DNA of 64,000 nucleotides from Candidatus Woesebacteria bacterium RIFCSPHIGHO2_01_FULL_39_32 (GTDB lineage Bacteria > Patescibacteriota > Microgenomatia > UBA8517), in contig MGGJ01000001.1 of assembly GCA_001792345.1 (NCBI GenBank), positions 217,710 to 281,709 of the forward strand, read 5' to 3'. Under the pieces are notes generated by a model that made no database searches, was not told the DNA's origin, and saw only the letters and a list, made by a program, of their open reading frames with translations. Of this stretch, positions 41,424 to 51,589 are shown piece by piece. Each line of letters opens with the position of its first letter. Position 1 is the stretch's first letter. The translations under genes and the position numbers were made by a program.

Positions 41424-42791
41424 ATGATAAACTTCAAAAACAAAAGAGTTGCAGTTTTGGGGTGGGGAATTAATGGTTTGGATGCTTTCCAGTACTTACT
41501 CAAACAAGGTGCCAATATAGCAATTTTTGATGGGAAAGGAGAAAAAGAGTTGGATTTTTCTGGGTTTGATGTTAAAGAAGCAAGACTGGTTCTGGGTAAG
41601 AAATATCTAAAAGATGGTTTAAACAGTTTTGATTATATTTTTCGAGCGCCCGGAGTTTACCGCTATCTTCCTGAAATAGTGGAGGCCGAGAATAAAGGAG
41701 TTACAGTTACCTCGGTAGTAAAATTATTCTTCGATTTATGTCCAGGCAAAATTATTGGCGTAACAGGAACAAAAGGAAAGGGAACAACAAGTACTTTAAT
41801 CTATGAAATTGTGAAAAAAGACGGCAAAGATGTGTACTTGGCCGGTAATATTGGAACTCCTATGCTTAACCTTTTACCTAAGCTTAAAGCGGAAAGCTGG
41901 GTTATCTTAGAACTATCTTCATTTCAATTAATCGATATGACTAAAAGTCCTCACATTGCTATAGTCTTGAATATTACTAAAGATCACATGGATTGGCATA
42001 AAAACCGTGAAGAATACGTTGAAGCGAAGACCCAAATAGTCAGGCATCAAAGTGATAAGGACTTTTCTATCCTAGCTTACGATTACAATGATTCAAGGAA
42101 TTTTTCAAAAATAACGAAGGCGGAAAAATATTATTTCAGCAATACTCAAAAAGTAAAAGGATCGTATGTAAAAGACGGAAAAATAATTCTGCATGTAAGA
42201 GGTCAGATGTTAGATGTAGGAAATACTAAAGATCTTTTACTTCGGGGTAAGCATAATTGGGAAAATGTATGCGGAGCTTGTTGCTCTTCTTTCCTTGCAG
42301 GAGCTGGTATAGATTCAATTAAAGAAACTATATTTTCTTTTAAAGGACTTGAACATAGACTCGAGCTTGTAAATAAGGTTAAAGGTGTTACTTTCTATAA
42401 TGATTCCTTTTCGACTAATCCGCAAACGACTATTGCAGCGATTCATTCATTTGAAGAACCATTGACAATAATTTTAGGAGGATCAGATAAAGGTTTGAAT
42501 TATGATGAAATGGGTAGAGAGATTAGTAAAAGTCATAATATTAAAAATGTTGTATTAATAGGCGATATTTCGGGAATGATAGAAAAAGCAATCGAAAAAG
42601 CAAACTACAAAGGAAAAATATTAAAACTTGGTAAATCTGATATTAAAAAAATTGTTAAAAGGTGTTTAGAAATAACCCCAAAAGGCGGAGTAGCTCTTTT
42701 ATCGCCCGCAACTGCTTCTTTTGATATGTTTAAAGATTATAAAGACAGAGGAAATCAGTTCAAGGAAGCTGTGAGGTTGTTGAAAAAATGA
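41424..42791 (+). CDS. murD: UDP-MurNAc-L-Ala--D-glutamate ligase
   Basis: GTKGKGTT, GNIG, ELSSFQL, DHMDWH, NDS, LSPATASFD, RG. Confidence 0.95.
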   Translation: MINFKNKRVAVLGWGINGLDAFQYLLKQGANIAIFDGKGEKELDFSGFDVKEARLVLGKKYLKDGLNSFDYIFRAPGVYRYLPEIVEAENKGVTVTSVVKLFFDLCPGKIIGVTGTKGKGTTSTLIYEIVKKDGKDVYLAGNIGTPMLNLLPKLKAESWVILELSSFQLIDMTKSPHIAIVLNITKDHMDWHKNREEYVEAKTQIVRHQSDKDFSILAYDYNDSRNFSKITKAEKYYFSNTQKVKGSYVKDGKIILHVRGQMLDVGNTKDLLLRGKHNWENVCGACCSSFLAGAGIDSIKETIFSFKGLEHRLELVNKVKGVTFYNDSFSTNPQTTIAAIHSFEEPLTIILGGSDKGLNYDEMGREISKSHNIKNVVLIGDISGMIEKAIEKANYKGKILKLGKSDIKKIVKRCLEITPKGGVALLSPATASFDMFKDYKDRGNQFKEAVRLLKK

Positions 42792-42798
42792 GATAGAA

Positions 42799-43653
42799 TT
42801 ACCAACGGCCTTGGTCTATAAATTTCCTAAATTCGGCCATTATTTTCTTCGTAACCTCGCCTGGTTTTCCGTTACCGATTACTGTATTATCCACCTTCAC
42901 AACAGGTAAAATTTCTTTGTTACTGGCAGAAAGAAATAATTCATCTGCATGGTAGAGCTCATTAATTTTGACTTCCCTCATTTTTGTGGGATATAGCTTT
43001 TTACACATACTCATAACCAGCTCTCTTGTTATTCCCGGTAAAGTTTCTCCATCAGGAGTAATTATCTTTTCATTTTTTATCAAAAATAAATTACTGGTTG
43101 TACCTTCGAATACTTTGTTATTTTTTTTATGGATGTAAACCGATTCAATTGCGTCTTTCTTTCTAGCCAGTATATTCGCTTTTACAGCTTGAATATAATT
43201 TAGGCTTTTTGCCTGAGGAGACTCGCGGTTGAAATCAAAAGTTACTACCTTTGCACCTTTTTTGTATAATGATTCCGGAAATCTTTTTCTATCGTTTAAA
43301 GAAATTACAATTGTGGGTTTCTTGCCCAGGCTAATTGCATTTTCGCTTTCGCCACCTGTTATTATTATTCTAATACCTTTTTCTTTCCCATTTTTATTTT
43401 TGTTTATTGTTTTAATAATAAGTTTTTCTATAAATGAGGTTTTGTAAGGAATTTCTAGACCTATGAGTTTCGCGGAATTATAGAGTCTTTTTAGGTGCCT
43501 TTTAATTAAAAAGGGGCGGCCTCCGTTATAAGTCACTAAGAAATCAAAAACTCCGTACCCCCTTAAAAGTCCTAGGTCACTTACACTTATTTTGGCTTCG
43601 TTTTTAGGTATATATTTCCCGTTCACATAATAAATAGGTTCTGATTTTTTCAT
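42799..43653 (-). CDS. Class IV PLP aminotransferase (D-amino acid/branched-chain aminotransferase-like)
   Basis: DLGLLRGYGVFD, H..RL..SA, KSLNY, EGTTSNLF, LPGITR; TGCTACAAT promoter upstream of ATG 43653. Confidence 0.88.
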   Translation of the reverse strand: MKKSEPIYYVNGKYIPKNEAKISVSDLGLLRGYGVFDFLVTYNGGRPFLIKRHLKRLYNSAKLIGLEIPYKTSFIEKLIIKTINKNKNGKEKGIRIIITGGESENAISLGKKPTIVISLNDRKRFPESLYKKGAKVVTFDFNRESPQAKSLNYIQAVKANILARKKDAIESVYIHKKNNKVFEGTTSNLFLIKNEKIITPDGETLPGITRELVMSMCKKLYPTKMREVKINELYHADELFLSASNKEILPVVKVDNTVIGNGKPGEVTKKIMAEFRKFIDQGRW

Positions 43654-43728
43654 AATAATATTTTCGAATTGTAGCAAAATTTAGCTAGTTTAGTATAAGG
43701 AAATTGGAATAATGCTAAAATTGATTGT

Positions 43729-44445
43729 ATGTCAGATAAAAACATAGTTCTTTTACATGGATGGGGAGCGGCAACTTATAATCTTGAACCTTTGAAAAGT
43801 GAGTTTGAAAAATTAGGTTGGCAAGTTTTACTTCCCCAACTAGCAGGTTTTGAAAAACCTGCTCCTAAAGAAGTGTGGGGAATAAAGGAATATTCCAACT
43901 ATGTGCGTGAAGAAGCAGTAAATGTTTTTGGAAAAGATAAGTTTTTTGTTTTCGGCCATTCATTTGGCGGGGGTGTTGCTATTAAATTGGCATCAAGTAA
44001 TTCAAAAAATCTCTCTGGAGTAATATTATGCGCTACAAGAGGTATATCTCGTGGAAAGTCGGTTAAAAGACTTTTATTTACCACTTTGGCTAAAACAGGG
44101 AAATTATTTTTAGTGACACCTCAGTTGGCTCAAAAGTTTAGAAAATTACTTTATAAAGCTGCTCGTGAGCATGATTATGAAAAAACACAGGGAATTATGA
44201 GAGAGGTATTCAAAAAAGTTGTTTCCGAAGATCTAAAGCCATCGTTACATAATATTAAAGTTCCCACTCTCATTTTGTGGGGGGAAGATGATAAAATGAC
44301 GCCGATAAAAGATGCGAAATATATAAAATCGGTTCTTTCCAAAAGTAAACTTGTTACTTATAAAGATCAGGGACATAAACTTCCGTACGAAAAACCAAAA
44401 GTGCTAGCTAAAGAAATTGAATTATGGTCGAAACAATTACATTAG
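43729..44445 (+). CDS. Alpha/beta hydrolase
   Basis: LHGWG, GHSFGG nucleophile elbow, WGEDD, GH; overlaps murF start. Confidence 0.9.
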   Translation: MSDKNIVLLHGWGAATYNLEPLKSEFEKLGWQVLLPQLAGFEKPAPKEVWGIKEYSNYVREEAVNVFGKDKFFVFGHSFGGGVAIKLASSNSKNLSGVILCATRGISRGKSVKRLLFTTLAKTGKLFLVTPQLAQKFRKLLYKAAREHDYEKTQGIMREVFKKVVSEDLKPSLHNIKVPTLILWGEDDKMTPIKDAKYIKSVLSKSKLVTYKDQGHKLPYEKPKVLAKEIELWSKQLH

Positions 44446-46034
44446 TTATAATTCTTTTTTGGTTGCCACAAGCAATTTACCAAGTTCTTAATTGGACTTA
44501 CTGGTGGCAGGTCAAAGAATATAGATTCGATAGGTTTTTTGTCTTTCTGAAAACAAAGGACGGGAAGGAAAAATTAGACTTAATTCCAATCTTTCTTAAG
44601 CTCTCCATTTTAATAATAGCGATATTTAAACCTCTATTTATATGGCTAGGTTTATTTTTATTAATATTAGTGGACCTCAAACTTTTCCGAGAAACAGCGC
44701 AAAAAAGTATCAGAAAACCCATTGTAACCGAGCGGGTAAAGAAAATTCTGGCAACTTGTCTCTTGGGGATAATCCTCACACTACTAGTTTATTGGTATTT
44801 TAACAATATTGCATTCAGTTTATTTATTGGAGAAGTATTGTTGCTCTTAAGTCCCTTAGCTGGAATGCTTTGGACAATTCCGATTGTGAATAAAATTAAA
44901 ATAGAGGAAATCGAAAAGGCTCAAAAAGTTCTTAAAAAAATTAAACCAACAGTAATTGGAATTACCGGAAGCTACGGTAAAACTACCACTAAAGAATTTG
45001 TAGCACACTTTCTGTCTCAAAAATATGAAACTGCAAGAACAGAAGGAAGTGAAAATACTGAATTTGGAATTGCTAGGAAAACCTATAAAAATGTAGCAAA
45101 AGGAACCAAATTTTTTGTTGTTGAAATGGGTGCTTATAGAGTGGGAGAAATAAAACGCCTTGCCGATATTGTTCATCCACAATTAGGAATAATAACCGGA
45201 ATAGAAGAGCAACATTTGTCTTTGTTTGGTAGCCTGGAAAATATTAAAAAGGCAAAGTTTGAGTTAATAGAAAGCTTACCCAGAAGCGGCGCCGCAATAT
45301 TCAATTACTCCAATGAATACAGTCAAGAACTTGTTAAATGGGTGCGTCAACTAAGAACAAATCTGAAAGTTTTGACATACTATGTAAGAGATAAGATAGA
45401 GCAAGGTAAGTCAAATGCTGATATTGAATCCGAAGTTTTATCGGTCGATGCCGAAAAAGTGCGATTCAAAGTAGATTATAAAGGAGAATCAAAAATTCTT
45501 TCAGCTACCTTACCGGGCTTACATTTTTTGGAGAACTTAACATGCGCCATTTTAGTAGCAAGATATTTTGGAGTTCCTTGGAGTAATATAAAAAAGGCCT
45601 GCTTAAATATTGCAATGCCGGAAAATACAATGGATGTTTATAAAACAAAAGCCGGTAGTACGATTATTGACGACACTCATAATGCTACACCTTTAGCTTT
45701 TGAATCAGCATTAAAATATCTTTCCTACTTTCGAGGAAAAAGAAAATTTGTCATTACTGGCGGTATTATCGAATTGGGTAATAAGACTGACTCTGCTCAT
45801 TATGAAATAGGCAAAATCATGGCACAAACGATAGATAAAGTAATTCTTACAAATGACGATTATTACTCAAGTGTTAAGTCTGGGCTTGGTAATGAATCTG
45901 GCAAACTTATTTCAGGATCAGAAAATGAGTTGCAATCAGAAATTGGAAAAATAATTAATTTAAATGATGCTGTTGTCCTCCTCGAGGGTCGTTTACCGTC
46001 TAGAATTATGGAATTAATACAAAGTTCAAAATGA
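44424..46034 (+). CDS. murF: UDP-MurNAc-tripeptide--D-Ala-D-Ala ligase with N-terminal membrane domain
   Basis: ~150-aa hydrophobic N-terminus; GITGSYGKTTTKE, VEMGAY, QHL, IIDDTHNA, ELG. Confidence 0.85.
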   Translation: MVETITLVIILFWLPQAIYQVLNWTYWWQVKEYRFDRFFVFLKTKDGKEKLDLIPIFLKLSILIIAIFKPLFIWLGLFLLILVDLKLFRETAQKSIRKPIVTERVKKILATCLLGIILTLLVYWYFNNIAFSLFIGEVLLLLSPLAGMLWTIPIVNKIKIEEIEKAQKVLKKIKPTVIGITGSYGKTTTKEFVAHFLSQKYETARTEGSENTEFGIARKTYKNVAKGTKFFVVEMGAYRVGEIKRLADIVHPQLGIITGIEEQHLSLFGSLENIKKAKFELIESLPRSGAAIFNYSNEYSQELVKWVRQLRTNLKVLTYYVRDKIEQGKSNADIESEVLSVDAEKVRFKVDYKGESKILSATLPGLHFLENLTCAILVARYFGVPWSNIKKACLNIAMPENTMDVYKTKAGSTIIDDTHNATPLAFESALKYLSYFRGKRKFVITGGIIELGNKTDSAHYEIGKIMAQTIDKVILTNDDYYSSVKSGLGNESGKLISGSENELQSEIGKIINLNDAVVLLEGRLPSRIMELIQSSK

Positions 46035-47278
46035 AAAGACCAATTGCTATATCACTTTCACCCAATACAGAGAAAGACGATGTAATTCTGGCTATAAAAC
46101 TTTTTTTTTCCCCGATAAGGTGGTTTAATTTTAGGGAGACCGAGAAGCTGGAGATCGAATTTGCAGCACGTTTTGGGAATAAATACCAAGCCCTGGCGGT
46201 AAACAGCGGCAGAAGCGCTTTATATTTGATTCTTAGTGCTCTCGGAATAAAAGATTTTGACGAAGTTGCAATACAAGCTCTCACATGTGTGGCGGTTCCA
46301 AACTCAGTTCTGTGGTTGAAGGCAAAACCCTTATACATAGATGTTGATGACACTTTCAATTTAAGCCCAAAAGATCTTAGTGAAAAAATCGGTGAAAAAA
46401 CGAAGGCAATTATTGTTCAACACACATTTGGTGTAGCTGCAGAAATGCATTCGATATTAAAAATAGCTCGAAAAAGAAAAATTCCTATTATCGAAGATTG
46501 TGCTTTAGCTTTGGGGGGTAAATATGACAACAAGTTACTTGGAACTCTGGGAGACATATCTTTTTTCAGCTTTGGGCGAGATAAAGTAATATCAAGCGTA
46601 TTTGGGGGCATGATTCTTTGTAAGGACCAAAAACTATACGAGAAGCTATTAGATGTGAGAGATAACTTAGATTATCCGGGGCCTCGTTGGGTGATGCAGC
46701 AACTTTTACACCCAGTTCTTCTTAGTTTAATTCTACCTTTTTACAACATTGGTCTTGGGAAAGTAACTTTTGGTAAATTAATGCTTTTTCTACTCCAAAA
46801 GTTTGGGATATTATCAAAAGCAGTTTACTGGGAAGAAGAACTCGGGCAGAAGCCTAAAGTTTTCCCGGCAAAACTCCCCGGTGCTTTCTCGATTTTGGCT
46901 CTGAATCAACTTCATAAACTTGATAGGTTTAATCTTCACCGAAAAGAAATTGCTAATATTTATTTTCAAAAACTCAAATCGTCCGGTATTAAGTTGCCCA
47001 ATAAAAATAAAGGATCAATTTGGGTGAGATTTCCGGTTGTACACGAAAATGCAAAAAATATTTTTAATTGTGCAAAAAGAAAAGGCGTTCTTTTAGGAGA
47101 TTGGTACAAGGACGTAGTTGTGCCCGTTAAGAATCTGTCTGTGGTTAATTATGAAAGAGGTAGTTGTCCAAATGCCCAGATGCTTGCAGGTAAAATCATT
47201 AATCTCCCAACATACCCTTCTTTGAGTAAAAGGCAGGCTCTAGAAGTAGTTCAATTACTTAAATCATGTCTAAATTAG
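46031..47278 (+). CDS. DegT/DnrJ/EryC1/StrS family PLP aminotransferase
   Basis: NSGRSAL, QHTFG, IEDCA, SFGRDKVISSVFGG, NLPT. Confidence 0.88.
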   Translation: MKRPIAISLSPNTEKDDVILAIKLFFSPIRWFNFRETEKLEIEFAARFGNKYQALAVNSGRSALYLILSALGIKDFDEVAIQALTCVAVPNSVLWLKAKPLYIDVDDTFNLSPKDLSEKIGEKTKAIIVQHTFGVAAEMHSILKIARKRKIPIIEDCALALGGKYDNKLLGTLGDISFFSFGRDKVISSVFGGMILCKDQKLYEKLLDVRDNLDYPGPRWVMQQLLHPVLLSLILPFYNIGLGKVTFGKLMLFLLQKFGILSKAVYWEEELGQKPKVFPAKLPGAFSILALNQLHKLDRFNLHRKEIANIYFQKLKSSGIKLPNKNKGSIWVRFPVVHENAKNIFNCAKRKGVLLGDWYKDVVVPVKNLSVVNYERGSCPNAQMLAGKIINLPTYPSLSKRQALEVVQLLKSCLN

Positions 47279-48288
47279 AAATAAAAGAAATATCGGATAA
47301 GTCTCTTTGGGAAAAATTTTTGCTTTCCCGAAATCCTGGTACTTTCCTGCAATCTTGGAACTGGGGAGAAACGAATAGATTGTTGGGATTTAAAATTTCA
47401 AGGTTAGGATTTTATAAAGGGAAAGTTTTGGTTGGAATAACTCAGCTCATACACCAACCCGCCAAAAGGGGCCATCATTTTCTGATACCTGGTGGGCCGG
47501 TAATCGATTATGGAAACAAAAACCTTTTAAAGTTTGTTACAGAATCTATTGGAGAATACGTCCGCAAAGAGAAAGTTTGGTTTGTAAGGATACGGCCGGA
47601 TCAACCTGATTCAGAAGAACTTCGCACATTACTGATAAATCAAGGGTTTATTTTTGCCCCTATGCATTTGCATGGCGAACACACTCTCATAATTGATATA
47701 ACGAAGCCTGAGGAGGAGATCTTAAAAAATATGAGAAAAACAACTAGATATTTGATAAGAAAAAGTTTGAATGAAGGATTCAAGATGCGAGTATCGAAAA
47801 ATCCTGAAGATACAGATATATTGTTTGACTTGCAGAAGGCAACTGCTAAAAGACACCGTTTTGTAGGTTTTACGAAGAAACTCTTTGAGGCACAACTTGA
47901 AACATTCGGAAAAGACGGCCAATCGGAACTATTTATTTGCGAGAAGGAGGGGATACCGATAGTGGCTGCTATTATCATCTTTTATGGCGAAAAGGCATTT
48001 TATCATCACAGTGGTTCTTCAGAAACGGCTCGTAGTACTAATGCGTCATATTTTACACAATGGCAGATTATAAAAAGAGCAAGAGAGCTTGGGAAAAAAT
48101 ATTACGATTTTTGGGGGATTGCACCTACCGAGAATCCCAGACATAGATTTGCCGGAGTTACTACTTTTAAGAAAGGATTTGGCGGCGTTAGGGTAAATTG
48201 GATTCATGCGCACGACTTACCAATAACTCCTTTGTATTGGACAACACATGCCTTTGAAACAGGAAGAAGAATTTTCAGACGTTTGTGA
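47266..48288 (+). CDS. FemABX-family aminoacyl-tRNA-dependent peptidyltransferase (lipid II side-chain)
   Basis: FLQSWNWG, GPV, MRKTTRYLIRK, YDFWGI, GVTTFKKGFGG. Confidence 0.9.
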   Translation: MSKLEIKEISDKSLWEKFLLSRNPGTFLQSWNWGETNRLLGFKISRLGFYKGKVLVGITQLIHQPAKRGHHFLIPGGPVIDYGNKNLLKFVTESIGEYVRKEKVWFVRIRPDQPDSEELRTLLINQGFIFAPMHLHGEHTLIIDITKPEEEILKNMRKTTRYLIRKSLNEGFKMRVSKNPEDTDILFDLQKATAKRHRFVGFTKKLFEAQLETFGKDGQSELFICEKEGIPIVAAIIIFYGEKAFYHHSGSSETARSTNASYFTQWQIIKRARELGKKYYDFWGIAPTENPRHRFAGVTTFKKGFGGVRVNWIHAHDLPITPLYWTTHAFETGRRIFRRL

Positions 48289-48334
48289 AAAGGCCGCAAT
48301 GCCATTATAATACAGCTACTGTACGAGTAAAATT

Positions 48335-49390
48335 ATGACAATGCCAACTTTACTGCCCTTGGCTTTAGGCCTTCTTTTATTTTCATTTTTCGTAACTAGC
48401 GTTTTTATAGTTCCTTTTATTAACCTTCTTTACAAGTTCAAGTTAACTCGGAAGAAGGAGGCTCCGGCAAAGGGGAAAATTCCGCTTTTTGATATATTGC
48501 ATGATAGAAAGGCGGGGACTCCGGTCGGTGGTGGAATCATAATAATATTGATTGTCTTGGGACTTTTTGCTTTTCTTTTTCCACTTGCTTCACGAATGGG
48601 AGTTTATATCAGAAGCTCGTATAATTTTAAAATAGAACTTTTTGTAATTTTTTTTACGTTTGTATCATTCGGTATTCTTGGATTATCGGACGACTTTATG
48701 AAAATATTTGGCAAGCCTAAACAAGGCAGTTTGGGTTTGTGGTTTGGATTAACACGAAGAAAGAAATTTTTACTGCAATTACTATTAGCAAGTGCAATTG
48801 GTTATATTCTCTATAGCCTATTAGGGATAAACATTGTTTACTTACCACTATTTGATAATATTATTCGCTTAGGGATTTGGTATATTCCTTTTGCAGCCTT
48901 CGTAATTATTTCATTTTCTAACGCATTCAATATAACAGATGGTTTAGATGGGTTGGCTACTGGTTTACTCATAATTTGCCTGACGGCTTTTGGGGCAATA
49001 GCTGCCGGGAATCTTGATACTCCACTTTCTTCTTTCATTGCTTTATGGCTGGGGACTCTTTTAGCATTTGCTTACTTTAACGTATGGCCGGCACGTGTTC
49101 ATTTGGGTGATGTGGGAGCACTTTCTTTTGGAGCGATGCTGGCTCTCATTGGGCTACTTACGGGTAATATTGTAGCACTTATTGTAATTGGAGGTCTTTT
49201 TGTACTTGAGGCGGTGTCTTCTGCTGTACAAATTCTGGGATGGAAGATTCTTAAAAAACCAATCTTACCACTTGCTCCCTTACATAATACATTTTTGGCC
49301 ATTGGTTGGGAGGAGCCTAAAATTGTTATGAGAGCATGGTTTGCAGGGATTATGTTAGCAATTTTCGGACTTTGGCTAGCAACGATTTAA
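48335..49390 (+). CDS. mraY: Phospho-N-acetylmuramoyl-pentapeptide transferase
   Basis: KAGTPVGGG, LSDD, NAFNITDGLDGL, GDVG, APLH. Confidence 0.94.
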   Translation: MTMPTLLPLALGLLLFSFFVTSVFIVPFINLLYKFKLTRKKEAPAKGKIPLFDILHDRKAGTPVGGGIIIILIVLGLFAFLFPLASRMGVYIRSSYNFKIELFVIFFTFVSFGILGLSDDFMKIFGKPKQGSLGLWFGLTRRKKFLLQLLLASAIGYILYSLLGINIVYLPLFDNIIRLGIWYIPFAAFVIISFSNAFNITDGLDGLATGLLIICLTAFGAIAAGNLDTPLSSFIALWLGTLLAFAYFNVWPARVHLGDVGALSFGAMLALIGLLTGNIVALIVIGGLFVLEAVSSAVQILGWKILKKPILPLAPLHNTFLAIGWEEPKIVMRAWFAGIMLAIFGLWLATI

Positions 49391-49401
49391 TGAATTGAAG
49401 T

Positions 49402-50493
49402 GTGCGAAAAAACAAATTACAAAGACAAGCCTCAACAATTGATAAGAAGTTTTTACTTTTGAGTCTCTTTCTGACAGTTGTCGGACTCGTTGCATTGGCA
49501 GACGCTTCTGCTCCTTTGGCTCAGAGAAATTTTGGAGATAAATTTTTCTTCCTCAAACAACAAATTGTCTGGGCGGGTGTAGGAATTGTGCTTCTTTTCA
49601 TCGCATCTAAAATCCATTATAGGCTTTGGGAAAAAATCGCAACTATTATTTTTTTCTTGAGCCTTTTTGGCATGTTGATGGTTTTTATTCCCGGAATTGG
49701 CACGAAACTTTTGGGTGCAAGAAGATGGTTAGTTCTTGGTCCAATAACTATTCAACCTTCTGAATTTTTAAAGTTAACCCTTGCAATATATTTGGCCAAA
49801 GTGTCATCCAAAAACAAAAAGCTGGCAGCCTATTTTGTTCCTCTAATCTTAGCTTTATCTCTAATTATGCTCCAGCCAGATCTCGGTACTGCTATCGTAG
49901 TTTCGACAATCGGGATGGCTCAGCTTTTTGTGTCCGGTATTAGTCTAATCTACTTTGCATCAACTCTAGCTTTAGGTGGAGTACTTGGTTTTATTTTAAT
50001 TATTACCTCAGAATACAGACGGGATAGGTTACTGACTTTTTTCGAACAAACCCGTGATCCCCTGGATAAGAGCTATCATATACGCCAAATATTACTGGCA
50101 TTAGGTTCTGGTGGCCTTTTCGGAGTAGGCTTAGGTCAAAGTAGACAAAAGTATCTTTTTTTACCAGAAACCGCGACTGATTCGATCTTTGCGATAATTG
50201 CCGAAGAAATCGGATTTCTGGGAGCAAGCATTTTAATAATTATAATTGTGATTTTCGTCATTCGCGGATTTGCAATTGCGAGGGCATCTCCTGATACGTT
50301 TTCGCGAGTACTTTCTTGCGGAATAATGTCTTGGATTGGTGCACAAACACTTCTCAACATTGGATCTATGGTTGCTATAGTACCTTTGACCGGCATACCT
50401 CTCCCGTTTTTTTCCTACGGAGGATCATCATTGATCGCCCTTCTCATTGGTTGCGGAATACTTTTAAATATTTCAAAATATGGCAAAGAATAA
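49402..50493 (+). CDS. ftsW: SEDS peptidoglycan polymerase FtsW
   Basis: GARRW, QPSE, QPDLGT, LPETATDSIFAIIAEE, PLTGIPLPFFSYGGSS. Confidence 0.93.
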   Translation: MRKNKLQRQASTIDKKFLLLSLFLTVVGLVALADASAPLAQRNFGDKFFFLKQQIVWAGVGIVLLFIASKIHYRLWEKIATIIFFLSLFGMLMVFIPGIGTKLLGARRWLVLGPITIQPSEFLKLTLAIYLAKVSSKNKKLAAYFVPLILALSLIMLQPDLGTAIVVSTIGMAQLFVSGISLIYFASTLALGGVLGFILIITSEYRRDRLLTFFEQTRDPLDKSYHIRQILLALGSGGLFGVGLGQSRQKYLFLPETATDSIFAIIAEEIGFLGASILIIIIVIFVIRGFAIARASPDTFSRVLSCGIMSWIGAQTLLNIGSMVAIVPLTGIPLPFFSYGGSSLIALLIGCGILLNISKYGKE

Positions 50494-51589
50494 TGATACA
50501 AAAAAAGTTGTCTTGACTGGAGGACATGCGGGTTCAACGGCATATGTTGTAATCGAGGAAATAAGAAAACAAAATAAAAATTGGGATTTATATTGGATCG
50601 GATCTAAAAGTTCTATTGAAGGAGCGAAAGTTCCTCCAATTTCTTCGATATATTTTCCGAAATACGGAATTAAGACATATGGAATTATAGCAGGACGCCT
50701 GCAAAGAAAGTTTACACTTCACACTGTCCCTTCGCTCTTAAAAATCCCAATAGGATTTATTCATGCAATTTATCTTCTGGCTAAAATTAAACCGGATGTA
50801 GTTTTGTCATTTGGTGGTTTTAGTGCGTTTCCGGTCGTTGTTGTTGCTGGCATCTTCGGAATTCCTGTAATAATTCATGAACAAACCTCGGTTGTTGGGA
50901 GAGCAAATAAATATTCGGCCACTTTTTCAAAAAGAATTGCAATTTCAAGAGATACCAGTGCCAGATTTTTTCCGAAAGAAAAGACGCTGCTTACGGGTAA
51001 CCCTACTCCTTACGATATTAAATCAAACCTAAAAAATCTACCGAAGATTCCTGCTATTTTTATAACCGGTGGGCAATCTGGATCGGTTGTGATTAACGAT
51101 GCAGTTGAAAGTGCTCTTCCTAAATTATTGAAAGATTTCCGAGTAGTTCATCTAACTGGGATTAGGCAGGAGGATAAATTTAGACATATTTGGGAAAAAT
51201 TAGATTCAAAATTAAAAGAAAGATATAAAGTTTACGGACAGGTTGATTTTAAAAAATACAGCGAGATTTTTAATTCCTCAACTTTATTGATTTCCAGGGC
51301 TGGAGCTAATACTGTATCAAAGATTCTTGTTTCAAAAAAACCCTCTATTCTAATCCCTCTTCCAATTTCATATCTTAACGAACAGGAAAAAAATGCGATT
51401 TACGCTAAAAACTTTGGCCTTGCAAGAGTACTTTTGCAAGATGATCTAACTCCCGAAAGTTTATTAGACGAAGTTTTTTATTTAATCGAAAATTGGAATG
51501 AAATTCTGGACAATGTGTCTAAAAAAGAAACTCCCGACGTTCATGCTGCCGAAAAACTTGTAAGTCTAATTGAGGAGGAGCTTAAATGA
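50480..51589 (+). CDS. murG: Lipid II GlcNAc transferase MurG
   Basis: TGGHAG, GGF, HEQ, TGNP, GGQSG, SRAGANT, Q..NA. Confidence 0.93.
   Translation: MAKNNDTKKVVLTGGHAGSTAYVVIEEIRKQNKNWDLYWIGSKSSIEGAKVPPISSIYFPKYGIKTYGIIAGRLQRKFTLHTVPSLLKIPIGFIHAIYLLAKIKPDVVLSFGGFSAFPVVVVAGIFGIPVIIHEQTSVVGRANKYSATFSKRIAISRDTSARFFPKEKTLLTGNPTPYDIKSNLKNLPKIPAIFITGGQSGSVVINDAVESALPKLLKDFRVVHLTGIRQEDKFRHIWEKLDSKLKERYKVYGQVDFKKYSEIFNSSTLLISRAGANTVSKILVSKKPSILIPLPISYLNEQEKNAIYAKNFGLARVLLQDDLTPESLLDEVFYLIENWNEILDNVSKKETPDVHAAEKLVSLIEEELK

Noticed and set aside
42799-43677. Minus-strand aminotransferase as an inversion or assembly artefact within dcw
   Set aside because: It has its own divergent promoter-like TGCTACAAT, neighbours are intact and no flanking inverted repeats were seen.
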